Below are positions 8,801 to 16,956 of a stretch of 63,317 nt of DNA, piece after piece. Both the position numbers and the translations under genes were made by a program. This DNA comes from Pseudomonadota bacterium (lineage in GTDB: Bacteria; Pseudomonadota; Alphaproteobacteria; Rhizobiales; JACESI01), in the NCBI GenBank assembly GCA_039181265.1, contig JBCDCU010000002.1, positions 1 through 63,317 of the forward strand. Reading direction: 5' to 3'. Below the pieces are notes generated by a model, which saw nothing but the letters and a program-made list of their open reading frames with translations, had not been told where the DNA came from and made no database searches. Within the stretch, counting starts at the first letter, position 1, and each line of letters opens with the position of its first letter.

Positions 8801-10278
8801 CAAATCAGCCTTTGCACCCCAGGCATATCGAAGCGTTGCGCAAAATTTCCGTTCAGATTGGCGGGATTGACGATATTGCTGTGGTTGAGGGGCGGGCAAG
8901 TACGACCGTGACAAAATCCGATGAAGCGGGTCGTGACAATAGCAGCCTGTCCATCACGAGAATGGAAAATGTTTGGGTTGCGTTGATGGAGTTTGCTCTT
9001 GTGCCGGCGCCCTTCAGTTCAGTCACCAAGCAACAAGCCTATGCTGCGACATCTCCCATTCGGCCTAAATACCCTGCACTTGCCAAAATACCGACCGGAC
9101 CGGGGGATGAGGATGCCGTGGAACGAAGCGTTCTCATCCGTCTAAGCCGTCAGGTCGACCCGCGCATCAAACCGGAACCAACACCCGAAGTTCCGGGTAT
9201 CTCGACCTTTGGACATGTGGCGATGATCGAGGAAATCGATGGGGATGCGAATATCATCAGCCAGCAAAGCGGCGGTATCTTTTTGAATGCCAATGACACA
9301 AGTCGGGAAATTGTAAAGGGTGACAAGATCGGCGAAGTACGCGGTATCGGCCAGATCAACGCAAAGAAGGTCGAAGGAAATACGCTGATCGCAAATGGAG
9401 GCGGGTTGAACATCAACCTCATTTTCCCGGGTGTCGACGCTAAACCGGGGGAGAAAGTTGAAGCTAAAGCCGAAGCACAACCGACCAAACAATGGGTGAT
9501 AGAGATCCGCCGCCCATGCGCGAGCGGCCTGTCGCCGGTTTCCGCCTTTGATGATGTCGTCCGCTTGATCAAGGCCTTACAACAGGTCGGGGGTGTCGCC
9601 CCGAGTGTGGAACTCGAGATTTCGGTGCCGGAAGATCTGGGCACCGCAACGGTTGTGGACTTCAACCCAAGTAAGCTGATCTCCACGGCAGCAGGCGAAC
9701 TGGCTGAGGCAATCTCTCAAAGCGAAATCTTGAAGCCACGATTGTCAGGGTTAGTATTTGGCCGCACACAAGTCGATGCGGTGATTAGACCCGTATATGA
9801 AAACGGTATTCCCGACGGGTTTGTTGCGCCACTTTTGAATCTCACCGGCGAGGGTATGAGCTACTGGCCGCGCGAGGCAAATGATGCTGAGACGACGGAT
9901 ATCCTGAAACGCTTCGACTATGAGACTGATACGCCTTTGCGTTTGTCGGACTGGAGCGAAACGACCAAGATCACGGATGTTAAACTGAGCTTTTCAAAAA
10001 GTACCGTTGGCGATGACATTGCAAGTGCTGCGGCATTCGTGGTCGAGCTTGCCGAGAAGATCCCCGCGCTTGGCGTGGTTGTGCCGGGGGACCTCATCTC
10101 CGAACTCGGCAATCTTGCGACAAACGCTTCGGCTCTTGCGCAACTGGCCGGCGGCGGAGAAAAAATGACATTCTCCGCTGAAGGGCAGCCGGAGCGGGAG
10201 TTCTCGAGTTTTATAAGCGCTTCCAGTGCCGCGACGTTCCGGTTGGAGGAAGGGCTGTTCACCAAAGCGAAGAAATAA
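5869..10278 (+). CDS. Giant hypothetical protein (1469 aa) with a glycine-zipper-like low-complexity core and an internal OmpA-like peptidoglycan-binding module; family not recognised
   Basis: This is a single uninterrupted 4.4-kb ORF with no N-terminal signal peptide. The N-terminus has helix-hairpin-helix-like segments (GVSEKIAETLANVGVRTVLDLAESELF). There are conserved-looking blocks LHSLALAPGESTNVAIVDFTR (6568-6622) and NVTNYNHMHTLSVHYYEVVQ (7051-7098). They flank an S/T/D/E/N-rich stretch containing SAGAGVGGGGGGVLAGVGVGG (6781-6850). No SD is obvious at 5869, so the start is uncertain by a few codons. Confidence 0.8.
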   Translation: MNNDLVEKSRAHESAGMLLGETPKIILGVSEKIAETLANVGVRTVLDLAESELFNQLEFLRTNPDANSLERKRTLTALVGSETASDLSLLTPNDLVRLDPGVRTELGAAFPTLDAMATWPPFARARRLREGAKPQPLPQETTSTKINEREGIPDELVPVARRYATQKTSVTRNFLDRFGAPGSDLILDPSPLTRLSLTDARTAQFDVPALGARLTMEHTLTPEGISLGRLLHSLALAPGESTNVAIVDFTRAVGTSAEENINQTEALSAETEQNQEANSDTSVDISENQSGRTDIDSTVDTESGSVSAGAGVGGGGGGVLAGVGVGGTRTNATTTTDTSVVTSTLGTRNVDAQASEELLRQTQQASASERDRRASLITEVSEAEGSRAETRNVTNYNHMHTLSVHYYEVVQIHEVSVRAVRAEALLFTPVAPIDFSDPALIAEHREALAAAAPDERTRRLILGVDRMIPLELLTKIGKFRGSPFRSYGPADAALLGITGSYETGRYSVPPDLEINFIEFDAIGPENAPFMTPKQVLFELEGGIVVDIPIPEQPSGFFVGAPVDPPIKVEALRRVRFVYFAQPRPSEPVASFQLFIKRGDITASVSFRADTTGHQNTETILGAKDDTSRQQVISTLQRDRMRYSIAVYQALGPQTLVAMFAGKTFAGLDLSSAIEPRIVATHGNLLGFPLRIDENGDGALSAWWKDWLERNFHPERVSTDYVAAPTGGVHAEGILGRANTAERFDLTRFWDWQDSPIPNLPPRISDVSAESRASVGGAPTPGSLDPSVVNIQNLPAMTDPVNAQAALNAALASTPFRDMSGLAAADAVSRQGIGSTVDLAQTTARESASLARTALSQVLAAGATGPKASTNSDVGAHIAYQEDREKARGGITEEPGAPDRTSENTSDPTSAADRTKTAEAARALIHDGIDEGKKAADDEAKKKSGKSSKPAPDLGHVVWLSDTPGAQELLLYNFPLGDANQPLHPRHIEALRKISVQIGGIDDIAVVEGRASTTVTKSDEAGRDNSSLSITRMENVWVALMEFALVPAPFSSVTKQQAYAATSPIRPKYPALAKIPTGPGDEDAVERSVLIRLSRQVDPRIKPEPTPEVPGISTFGHVAMIEEIDGDANIISQQSGGIFLNANDTSREIVKGDKIGEVRGIGQINAKKVEGNTLIANGGGLNINLIFPGVDAKPGEKVEAKAEAQPTKQWVIEIRRPCASGLSPVSAFDDVVRLIKALQQVGGVAPSVELEISVPEDLGTATVVDFNPSKLISTAAGELAEAISQSEILKPRLSGLVFGRTQVDAVIRPVYENGIPDGFVAPLLNLTGEGMSYWPREANDAETTDILKRFDYETDTPLRLSDWSETTKITDVKLSFSKSTVGDDIASAAAFVVELAEKIPALGVVVPGDLISELGNLATNASALAQLAGGGEKMTFSAEGQPEREFSSFISASSAATFRLEEGLFTKAKK
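8769..9150 (+). other. OmpA-like (peptidoglycan-binding) module inside the giant ORF
   Basis: The segment LLYNFPLGDANQPLHPRHIEALRKISVQIGGIDDIAVVEGRASTTVTKSDEAGRDNSSLSITRMENVWVALMEF...ERSVLIRL follows the OmpA_C pattern. That pattern is F-x-fd-sa-L, then L..ia..l, then i-V-x-GhtD, then N..LS..RA..V, then NRRVEI. The assignment rests on motif recall only. Confidence 0.55.
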
Positions 10279-10417
10279 CGCGGCCACAGCTTTAAAGAGG
10301 GTGCGGGATTGATCTTGCAAACCGGCTTCGCGTTTTCCGGAAACCAACCATTGGGCGGGTCGACCCGGCGGAACGTGTATGGAGGAGTCCCCCATTCATA
10401 ATGCGCCACAATCACGG

Positions 10418-10511
10418 AACGTCGGGCGTGCTTTGCGCATGAAAGACCATGCCTTTGTTTAAATCGAACAGGGGCGACTTCACCCCAAAGCGCGGTGTCC
10501 GTCAAAGGCCG
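10418..10511. repeat. Direct repeat copy B (94 bp): relic copy of the S8 promoter and start region, between the giant ORF and betC
   Basis: It is 88/94 identical to 5494-5587. It keeps the ATG (10440-10438, minus strand) and MRKARPTF, but the frame stops after 14 codons (stop at 10398-10396). Confidence 0.9.
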
Positions 10512-10529
10512 TGGGGAGGGCGCTCTGTT

Positions 10530-12026
10530 CTATTCACCCCTTGGAAATCTTTGCGCCTCTTCCAAAACGTTCAAATCCATATGGTTGCGCATATAGCGTT
10601 CACTGGCTTTTTGCAGCGGCTGAAAATCCCAGGGGTAATAGTCGCCATTGCGCAGGGCCTCATAGACAACCCAGCGCCGCGCCTGACTTTCGCGCACTTG
10701 AGCGTCGAACGCCTTTAGATCCCAGCGCTTGCCGGCTTCTTCTTCAAACATAGCCAGCGTGTCGGCATGGGTGGGATCTTTCGCCAGATCGTTGAGTTCA
10801 TTGGGGTCGGCTTCAAGATCGAACATTTGCGAGGGATCGAGCGCGCATTTGGTGAACTTGTAGCGCCGGTCACGCAGCGACACCATCGGGGCGTAGCTTG
10901 CTTCTGCCGCATATTCCATGGCAACGGCTGCCCGCTCGCCGCCAGCGGCAATTGGCGCAAGGTCAACGCCTTCCGTCCAGGGCGCGATCTCATCGAGCGA
11001 GACACCAGCAAGGGCGGCCAGCGTCGGCGTCACATCGATTGTGGAGACAGGGGTCTCGATTACTCCCGGTTCAAAGCCGTTCGCCGAGATCATCAGCGGG
11101 ACACGGGCAGAGCCCTCATAAAAGCACATCTTGTACCAGAGACCGCGCTCGCCAAGCATATCGCCATGGTCGGAGACAAACAGGATTGCAGCCTCCTGCC
11201 GGGTTGCTTCAAGCGCCTCCATAACCTCACCGATCTTGTCGTCGAGATAGGAGATGTTGGCGAAATAGGCCCTGCGGGAGCGTTTGATGTCCTCTTCCGT
11301 AATCTCGAAATTTTCATGGTCATTCGCATCAAGGATGCGCTTCGAGTGTGGATCCAGATCGGCGTAGCCAATTGCCGCGACGTCCGGCAGAAGATGAGGG
11401 CAGTCCTCATAAAGATCCCAGTATTTGCGGCGGGCGACATAGGGATCGTGCGGATGGGTGAAGCTGACAGTCAAAGCGCATGGCCGCGGGTCGTGGCCCC
11501 GCGCGAGATCATATATCTTGCGGGTGGCGTGATAGGCGACCTCGTCGTCATATTCCATCTGATTGGTGATTTCCGCGACGCCCGATCCGGTGACGGACCC
11601 CATATTGTGGTACCACCAGTCGATGCGCTCACCGGGATTGCGGTAATCCGGCGTCCAGCCGAAGTCCGGCGGATCGATATCGGTCGTGAAGCGCTCCTCA
11701 AATCCGTGCAGCTGATCCGGCCCGACAAAGTGCATTTTGCCTGAAAGCGCGGTGTAATAGCCAGCGCGGCGCAGATGATGGGCATAGGTGGGAATGTCGG
11801 AGGAAAACTCCGCCGCATTGTCATAGACCCGCGTGCGGCTCGGCAATTGACCGGACATGAAACTCGCGCGGCCCGGTGCACACAGGGGTGAGGCGGTATA
11901 GGCATTCTTGAAACGCGTGGAGCGCGCCGCGAGCTTCTTAAGGTTAGGAACATGGAGCCAGTCTGCCGGACCGTCTGGAAACAGCGTCCCGTTCAACTGA
12001 TCGACCATAAAAATCAGAATGTTCAT
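10530..12026 (-). CDS. betC: Choline-sulfatase
   Basis: The N-terminus is MNILIFMVDQLNG and the sulfatase C-x-P-x-R motif is present (SPLCAPGRASFMSG). The ATG at 12026 is preceded by GGAGGG. The listed start at 12164 adds 46 unsupported codons. Confidence 0.85.
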   Translation of the reverse strand: MNILIFMVDQLNGTLFPDGPADWLHVPNLKKLAARSTRFKNAYTASPLCAPGRASFMSGQLPSRTRVYDNAAEFSSDIPTYAHHLRRAGYYTALSGKMHFVGPDQLHGFEERFTTDIDPPDFGWTPDYRNPGERIDWWYHNMGSVTGSGVAEITNQMEYDDEVAYHATRKIYDLARGHDPRPCALTVSFTHPHDPYVARRKYWDLYEDCPHLLPDVAAIGYADLDPHSKRILDANDHENFEITEEDIKRSRRAYFANISYLDDKIGEVMEALEATRQEAAILFVSDHGDMLGERGLWYKMCFYEGSARVPLMISANGFEPGVIETPVSTIDVTPTLAALAGVSLDEIAPWTEGVDLAPIAAGGERAAVAMEYAAEASYAPMVSLRDRRYKFTKCALDPSQMFDLEADPNELNDLAKDPTHADTLAMFEEEAGKRWDLKAFDAQVRESQARRWVVYEALRNGDYYPWDFQPLQKASERYMRNHMDLNVLEEAQRFPRGE

Positions 12027-12215
12027 GCCGACCCTCCAGCTCTGTTTCTTCACCTTCGCATGCCGAGAGAATAGCGCCTTGGAACTGGTTCTCGGCAATC
12101 TTTTTTGTCGGTAGATTAAGGTGTATTTGAAAGCCCCGCAGTCTCCCCGCTCAGCGCGAGGCAATATCGCAATCCGGGTCGGCGCGCGTATGCTGCCGAT
12201 GACCTAACAGCACCT

Positions 12216-12611
12216 TCATTTTTGTCCCTCTCGCGGGGCAGCGGTTTCTTGTGCGCGCATCAGAAGGTCGTCGTTCTGATGGGCCCAGTCACAAAGCCAT
12301 TGAAGCGGTTCGTGAAACCGTCGGCCATCTTCTGTCAAGGCGTATTCGGTATGGGGCGGCACCACCGGATAAACGGTTCGCTCGACGAGCCCGTCCCTTT
12401 CAAGGCGTCTTAGAACTTGCGTCAGCATTTTCTTTGATATGTCGGGGATGCATCGGTGGAGTTGGCTGAATCTCAGGGTTCCCTGAGAAAGCGCATGAAG
12501 AACGATCGGCGTCCATGCATCGGCAATAACAGTGAAGAGGCGCCGCACCGGGTAATCACGCGGGTATATCTGTTCTCCGGTCTCGGTCACATCAATCTCC
12601 ATGGTTACCAA
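12216..12611 (-). CDS. HxlR-family winged-helix transcriptional regulator
   Basis: The sequence contains WTPIVLHALSQGTLRFSQLHRCIPDISKKMLTQVLRRLERDGLVERTVYPVVPPHTEYALTEDG, which is typical of HxlR/DUF24 proteins. Confidence 0.85.
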   Translation of the reverse strand: MVTMEIDVTETGEQIYPRDYPVRRLFTVIADAWTPIVLHALSQGTLRFSQLHRCIPDISKKMLTQVLRRLERDGLVERTVYPVVPPHTEYALTEDGRRFHEPLQWLCDWAHQNDDLLMRAQETAAPREGQK

Positions 12612-12699
12612 AGGGTGCCTACTTTACTAGGGGAGACCATAACGATACGCAATGGGTGATATGTCTGGTGCAAGAGTACCAAAAACGGGGAACATTGAG

Positions 12700-13668
12700 A
12701 TGAACAGACGAGAAGTCCTGACAGCTAGCGCTATCACGATCGGAGCAATCGCTTTGCCAGGCGTCTTGCGCGCCCAAAATGCAGTGAAAGGGAGCCTGAC
12801 CAAGCAGGTCCCGGCCATATGGCGGCATCGTATCGGTGACCGCGTGATGACGGTTGTCTCGGATGGCTATGTTCCTTTTGAGGAATGGCATTCACCCAAC
12901 ATTGATCCAGCCGACCGCGCGGCGCTGCTCTCAGAACATTTTCTTCCGACAGACATCTATAAGGGGGCGATTAACTGTTTCGTGGTCGATGATGGAAACG
13001 GGTCGGTCGTCCTGGTCGACGCTGGTGCCGGCCGGCTTCTCGGGCCCACGTCTGGTCATCTAATTCCGAACCTTGCGGCGAGCGGATACGGCCCGGAGGA
13101 CATTACAGCAATTGTGGCGACACACCTTCATCCTGATCATGTCGGCGGCATCTTTGATCAAGGCGGACAGGCCGTCTTTCCAAATGCAGAACTTCTCGTG
13201 AGTGAAGCCGATCATGCATTCTGGACAGATGACGGGATGAGATCGGCAGCCCCAGAGAAGGCCCGTTTCTTATGGGATATCGCCGGTGCAGCCCTCTCGA
13301 CTTACAAAGGCCGGGTCCGGCGTTTCACTGGCGAGACCGAGGTGTTGCCGGGCCTAACGTCGATACCTCTTCCTGGGCACACGCCGGGCCAAAGCGGCGT
13401 CGTGATCTCAAGCGGTGGAGACCAATTGCTTATCTGGGCGGATTTGGTCCATTTCGCACCGCTGCAACTCAAGCGACCAGACGTTGTGTTTGCATTCGAT
13501 GTCGACCCAAGCGAGGCGGTCGAGACCAGAAAGCGAACGTTCGATAGGGCCGCAAGCGAGCGCTTGCAAATTGCTGGCATGCATATGCCGTTTCCAGGCA
13601 CCGGTCACATCGTTCGTGACGGTGACGCATACACCTTCCTGCCCGAACGTTGGGGGTATGATCTGTAA
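12700..13668 (+). CDS. Tat-exported MBL-fold metallo-hydrolase (lactonase-like)
   Basis: The N-terminus MNRREVLTASAITIGAIALPGVLRAQ is a twin-arginine signal. The HxHxDH motif is present (THLHPDHVGG). Confidence 0.85.
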   Translation: MNRREVLTASAITIGAIALPGVLRAQNAVKGSLTKQVPAIWRHRIGDRVMTVVSDGYVPFEEWHSPNIDPADRAALLSEHFLPTDIYKGAINCFVVDDGNGSVVLVDAGAGRLLGPTSGHLIPNLAASGYGPEDITAIVATHLHPDHVGGIFDQGGQAVFPNAELLVSEADHAFWTDDGMRSAAPEKARFLWDIAGAALSTYKGRVRRFTGETEVLPGLTSIPLPGHTPGQSGVVISSGGDQLLIWADLVHFAPLQLKRPDVVFAFDVDPSEAVETRKRTFDRAASERLQIAGMHMPFPGTGHIVRDGDAYTFLPERWGYDL

Positions 13669-13833
13669 GAAGAGATGAGGGGACGGCGTTAAGAACGCTG
13701 AAAAGCCATCTCTGCGCCGACAAATTCGCCGGGCAGGGGTGCCCCCGCGCGCCATGCGCCGTGACCTGTCGAAAAGTTTGCTATGGTCCCTGCACCAATC
13801 GGCCCTTCGTTCAGCCACTGCCTGAGTAGTCAT

Positions 13834-14439
13834 ATGAGTGTTTCCAATACCGAGCGATATCACCATGGCGACCTCCGCCGCGCTTTGATTGACCGCGCCC
13901 TTGACGTGATTGCAGCGGACGGTACCGAAGCGATCAGTGTGCGGGCTTTATCGCGTGATATCGGTGTCACGCACCGCGCAGCGGCGGCGCATTTTTCCGG
14001 AAAAGCCGGTCTTGTCGCTGCGGCTCTTGCAGAAGGCTATGACCGCCTCGCTCGGAAATTGGAGGAAGCCGTCGCCGAAAGTGTTGCTCACGAGGCCGAT
14101 TGGAAAGGCGGCAGGCTCCTTCGGATTGGCGTTGCCTATGGAGCCTTTGCCCGCGAGGAAACCGCCTTGTTCCTTGCGATGAACGGGGCGCGCGTGAACG
14201 AGGGCGGGGAGCATCAGGAGCTGGAGGACGCTCTTCAACGCGCCTTCGGGCGAGCAATCGCAGCTGCCCGCGCGGACGGCTTCGCGGATCCAGAAGGGGC
14301 AGCCCTTCATTTCTGGGCGTGCCTTCAAGGCGTGCTTGCCCAGTCAGCGCTTGGGCGTATTCGCATTAATCCCGAGAAGTGGGATGAGTATGTGATGTTG
14401 AGCGCGAAACGCATCCTTTTTGGGCTTTCCAACGCCTGA
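13834..14439 (+). CDS. TetR/AcrR-family transcriptional regulator
   Basis: The N-terminal HTH reads HHGDLRRALIDRALDVIAADGTEAISVRALSRDIGVTHRAAAAHF. The ATG is at 13834. Confidence 0.85.
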   Translation: MSVSNTERYHHGDLRRALIDRALDVIAADGTEAISVRALSRDIGVTHRAAAAHFSGKAGLVAAALAEGYDRLARKLEEAVAESVAHEADWKGGRLLRIGVAYGAFAREETALFLAMNGARVNEGGEHQELEDALQRAFGRAIAAARADGFADPEGAALHFWACLQGVLAQSALGRIRINPEKWDEYVMLSAKRILFGLSNA

Positions 14440-14513
14440 ATCGGGATCGTGGCTTGCGGCTTTAAAGAAGGTCGGCTATCCAATATACCCACTGGGGAGA
14501 TTGGAGGCTTTCT

Positions 14514-15443
14514 ATGTTTGCCAGACTTGCCACACGCATCGACACCTTCAACGGTCAAAAGCTAGCCCGGCGTTTTAAGTCCGGTTGGCCATCTTCGTCG
14601 CGGCCTGACATCAAGTTTCACAAGACGCTGCTCGCCCAATACCGGTATCGCGAAAGGGCCCCGGCGGAAAATCCAGAAAATGTTCTGACCATCGTCCTCC
14701 TCGCCGATCCGCCCGTCACGCTGGAGCGATACGATGATTTGCTTGAAAGCTGGGGTAAACGCTTTCGTATCGTCGTGTTTGAAAGCGCGGCCATGGGGTT
14801 TTCGGCACCCGAACCCGGCTATGACTTCACTTTTCGTCAAACCAATGACGACGTTGCGAGCTTTCTGCGCGCCATTGTCGGTGAAAAGTCGATCCTTGCC
14901 TTTTCCTGCGTGTCCGGGCTCGGGGCGATTGATATCGCCGTGCGCTACCCGGATCTTGTACGCGGGCTCTTCCTTATGCAGACCGCCGATTGGGAGACGA
15001 TGATCGGTTGGAAAAAGCGGCTTGATTCAACCGGGCTTTTGTCGAAACCGGTTCTTGGTCAAATGATGATGAAAAGGCTTGGTGTGTCGGGGACGCCGGG
15101 CTGGTTCAAACAAGCCCTTGGACGCCGCGATCAAATGGGCCCGTTCTGCGACTGCGCCGCTGAAGGCTTTTCGCATGGTGCGCAGTTCTCATTGGCATCG
15201 GCCTTCCAGAGATACCTGACGGGACCGTCACCTCTTGGTGTGCCAGACCAGCCTGTCCGCGTGCTTTGGGGCGCACGCGACGCGTCGCACGATGTCGTCT
15301 CGTCAACTGGAGCGGAGATGGTACGAATGATCGCCCCTCAGGCGACTTTTGAAGCATTGGAGCACGTCGGACATTTCCCCGAATTGCAGGACCCGGACGC
15401 CGTTCTTCAGCGGATTGCCCGTTTCGCGCGTGCGGTCGTTTAA
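14514..15443 (+). CDS. Alpha/beta-fold hydrolase
   Basis: Length and motif layout fit this fold: FSCVSGLG is a nucleophile-elbow-like motif and EHVGHFPELQDP is at the C-terminus. Confidence 0.7.
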   Translation: MFARLATRIDTFNGQKLARRFKSGWPSSSRPDIKFHKTLLAQYRYRERAPAENPENVLTIVLLADPPVTLERYDDLLESWGKRFRIVVFESAAMGFSAPEPGYDFTFRQTNDDVASFLRAIVGEKSILAFSCVSGLGAIDIAVRYPDLVRGLFLMQTADWETMIGWKKRLDSTGLLSKPVLGQMMMKRLGVSGTPGWFKQALGRRDQMGPFCDCAAEGFSHGAQFSLASAFQRYLTGPSPLGVPDQPVRVLWGARDASHDVVSSTGAEMVRMIAPQATFEALEHVGHFPELQDPDAVLQRIARFARAVV

Positions 15444-15533
15444 CAGGGAAGGCATGAAGTGACGGGCCCGCTCGCAATCCGGGCTTTGCGGCAGAGAGGC
15501 TGAGGGTCGCGAAAAGCGGGCCTGTTTAGCCGC

Positions 15534-16166
15534 TTACTTACAAGCCCCTTCATCATAGCAGCTTATCAGATCATCCAACATGTCGGGGCTGAGCTTGAGA
15601 TAGGTCGGGCAGTACGAAGTTGTTAATTCATGTACTTTCCAGTCAACACGAGATCTTAAGATACCAAGTACGTCAATTTCGGTCTCAGGCAGGACGTCAA
15701 CAATTCCTTGATAATTGGATGAAATTGAAACCCGCGCGTTTATAGCGTCAACTGAAAAGGGAACAAATTTTCCGTCAATGAATCTGTAGCCTTGAAAGCT
15801 GTACGCCCGGCCGTAAGTGTACTCAATCCTCTGAGGCATCTCGACGTCTTTGGATGGAGGCCAGAATTTTGAGCGAATATCTTCGAGTTGCTCTTCATGG
15901 AGGAAAGGAGCCGAAGAATTTTTAGAAAACCGACCAACGACAACAAACTGCCCTTCTTGTCTGGAAGCGCCCGCAATCACCTCCGCAAATTTTCTGGTTT
16001 GCTTGCGCAAGAGTTCAGTCTTGGAGAGAGTGTCTTCGCCGTTCTTGACATAAAAACTCTCTACATGGTCGCAGTCCCATGCTTGTGCATCTGTCGCAAT
16101 AAAGAATGAAACAAGTATCAGAGACAGCACTCTTGCCGGTGCGCGGAGCATATGCATTTGGTCCAA
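15534..16166 (-). CDS. Hypothetical secreted protein
   Basis: A signal peptide is present (MLRAPARVLSLILVSFFIATDAQA; the likely start is the internal M at 16151). I see no recognisable domain. By eye it is AT-richer than its neighbours. Confidence 0.6.
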   Translation of the reverse strand: MDQMHMLRAPARVLSLILVSFFIATDAQAWDCDHVESFYVKNGEDTLSKTELLRKQTRKFAEVIAGASRQEGQFVVVGRFSKNSSAPFLHEEQLEDIRSKFWPPSKDVEMPQRIEYTYGRAYSFQGYRFIDGKFVPFSVDAINARVSISSNYQGIVDVLPETEIDVLGILRSRVDWKVHELTTSYCPTYLKLSPDMLDDLISCYDEGACK

Positions 16167-16404
16167 TAATCGAGTTTTGTTTATCCAAAGACCGTTAGCA
16201 GACCTTGTCGTTCAATGCGATGCTCCAAATCATGGGTTCACTCCAACCATCCTCGGAGTTCTGGTTATTGCTGATGGACAGCAAAGTGGCGCTAACGACC
16301 TGCCCAAAACGCCCGCGCAAATGGTGCAAATCGTTGCTCTCCGTTTCCGGGTAAGGCAAATGCCTCAAATGCTTGGTTCCTTGCCACCTGCTATCAACGC
16401 CTCC

Positions 16405-16956
16405 ATGGCCGATCCCCCGACCAGCATTGCAACGGACCGCCTTCTGCTGCGACCTTTCCAGCAGACGGATGTGGAGGCCTATGCCGCCATACGCGCAAAG
16501 CCGGACGTCGTTCGCTATCTTCCCGGCGGTGGAGACACCGTTAAGGGCGCCCGCGAGATTGCCGAAAAGGCGGTCGCGGGATTTTCAGGTTTGTGGAGCG
16601 AGCAGAACGGGCCGGGCTACGGGCCCTGGGCAGTCGTCCATCGCTCTTCCGGAGAACTGATCGGGCACCTTGGACTTCGCCTCTTGCCGGACCTCGGTGG
16701 AGAGACCGAAATCCTTTATATGCTCGATAATGCAGTCTGGGGACGCGGGCTTGCGAGCGAAGGCGCACGGGCGGGACGGGATTATGGCTTCGATCACTTG
16801 GGGCTCGATCGGATCATCGCCATGGCCCTTCCGGAAAATGCGGCATCACTGCGGGTTATGGAGAAAATCGGCATGAGCCGTGAGCCCGGTCTCGTAGAGG
16901 CGTTCGGCTTGAAAGTGGTCCAGTACACGATGCGGGCGGGTGACCCGCGCCTTTAG
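16405..16956 (+). CDS. GNAT-family N-acetyltransferase (RimJ/RimL-like)
   Basis: Typical elements are TDRLLLRPFQQTDVEAYAAIRAKPDVVRYLP, LIGHLGL and VWGRGLASEGARA. The ATG at 16405 removes an unsupported 76-codon extension. Confidence 0.85.
   Translation: MADPPTSIATDRLLLRPFQQTDVEAYAAIRAKPDVVRYLPGGGDTVKGAREIAEKAVAGFSGLWSEQNGPGYGPWAVVHRSSGELIGHLGLRLLPDLGGETEILYMLDNAVWGRGLASEGARAGRDYGFDHLGLDRIIAMALPENAASLRVMEKIGMSREPGLVEAFGLKVVQYTMRAGDPRL

Noticed and set aside
10767-11744. Long antisense ORFs: 10767-11744(+), 46988-47905(+), 45238-46080(+), 32071-32976(+), 7174-8004(-), 33140-33760(+).
   Set aside because: Each lies opposite a confidently assigned gene (betC, SBP, permease, ATPase/permease, giant ORF). 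They have R/G/P/A-biased composition and no motifs. This is the usual high-GC stop-codon-depletion artefact.
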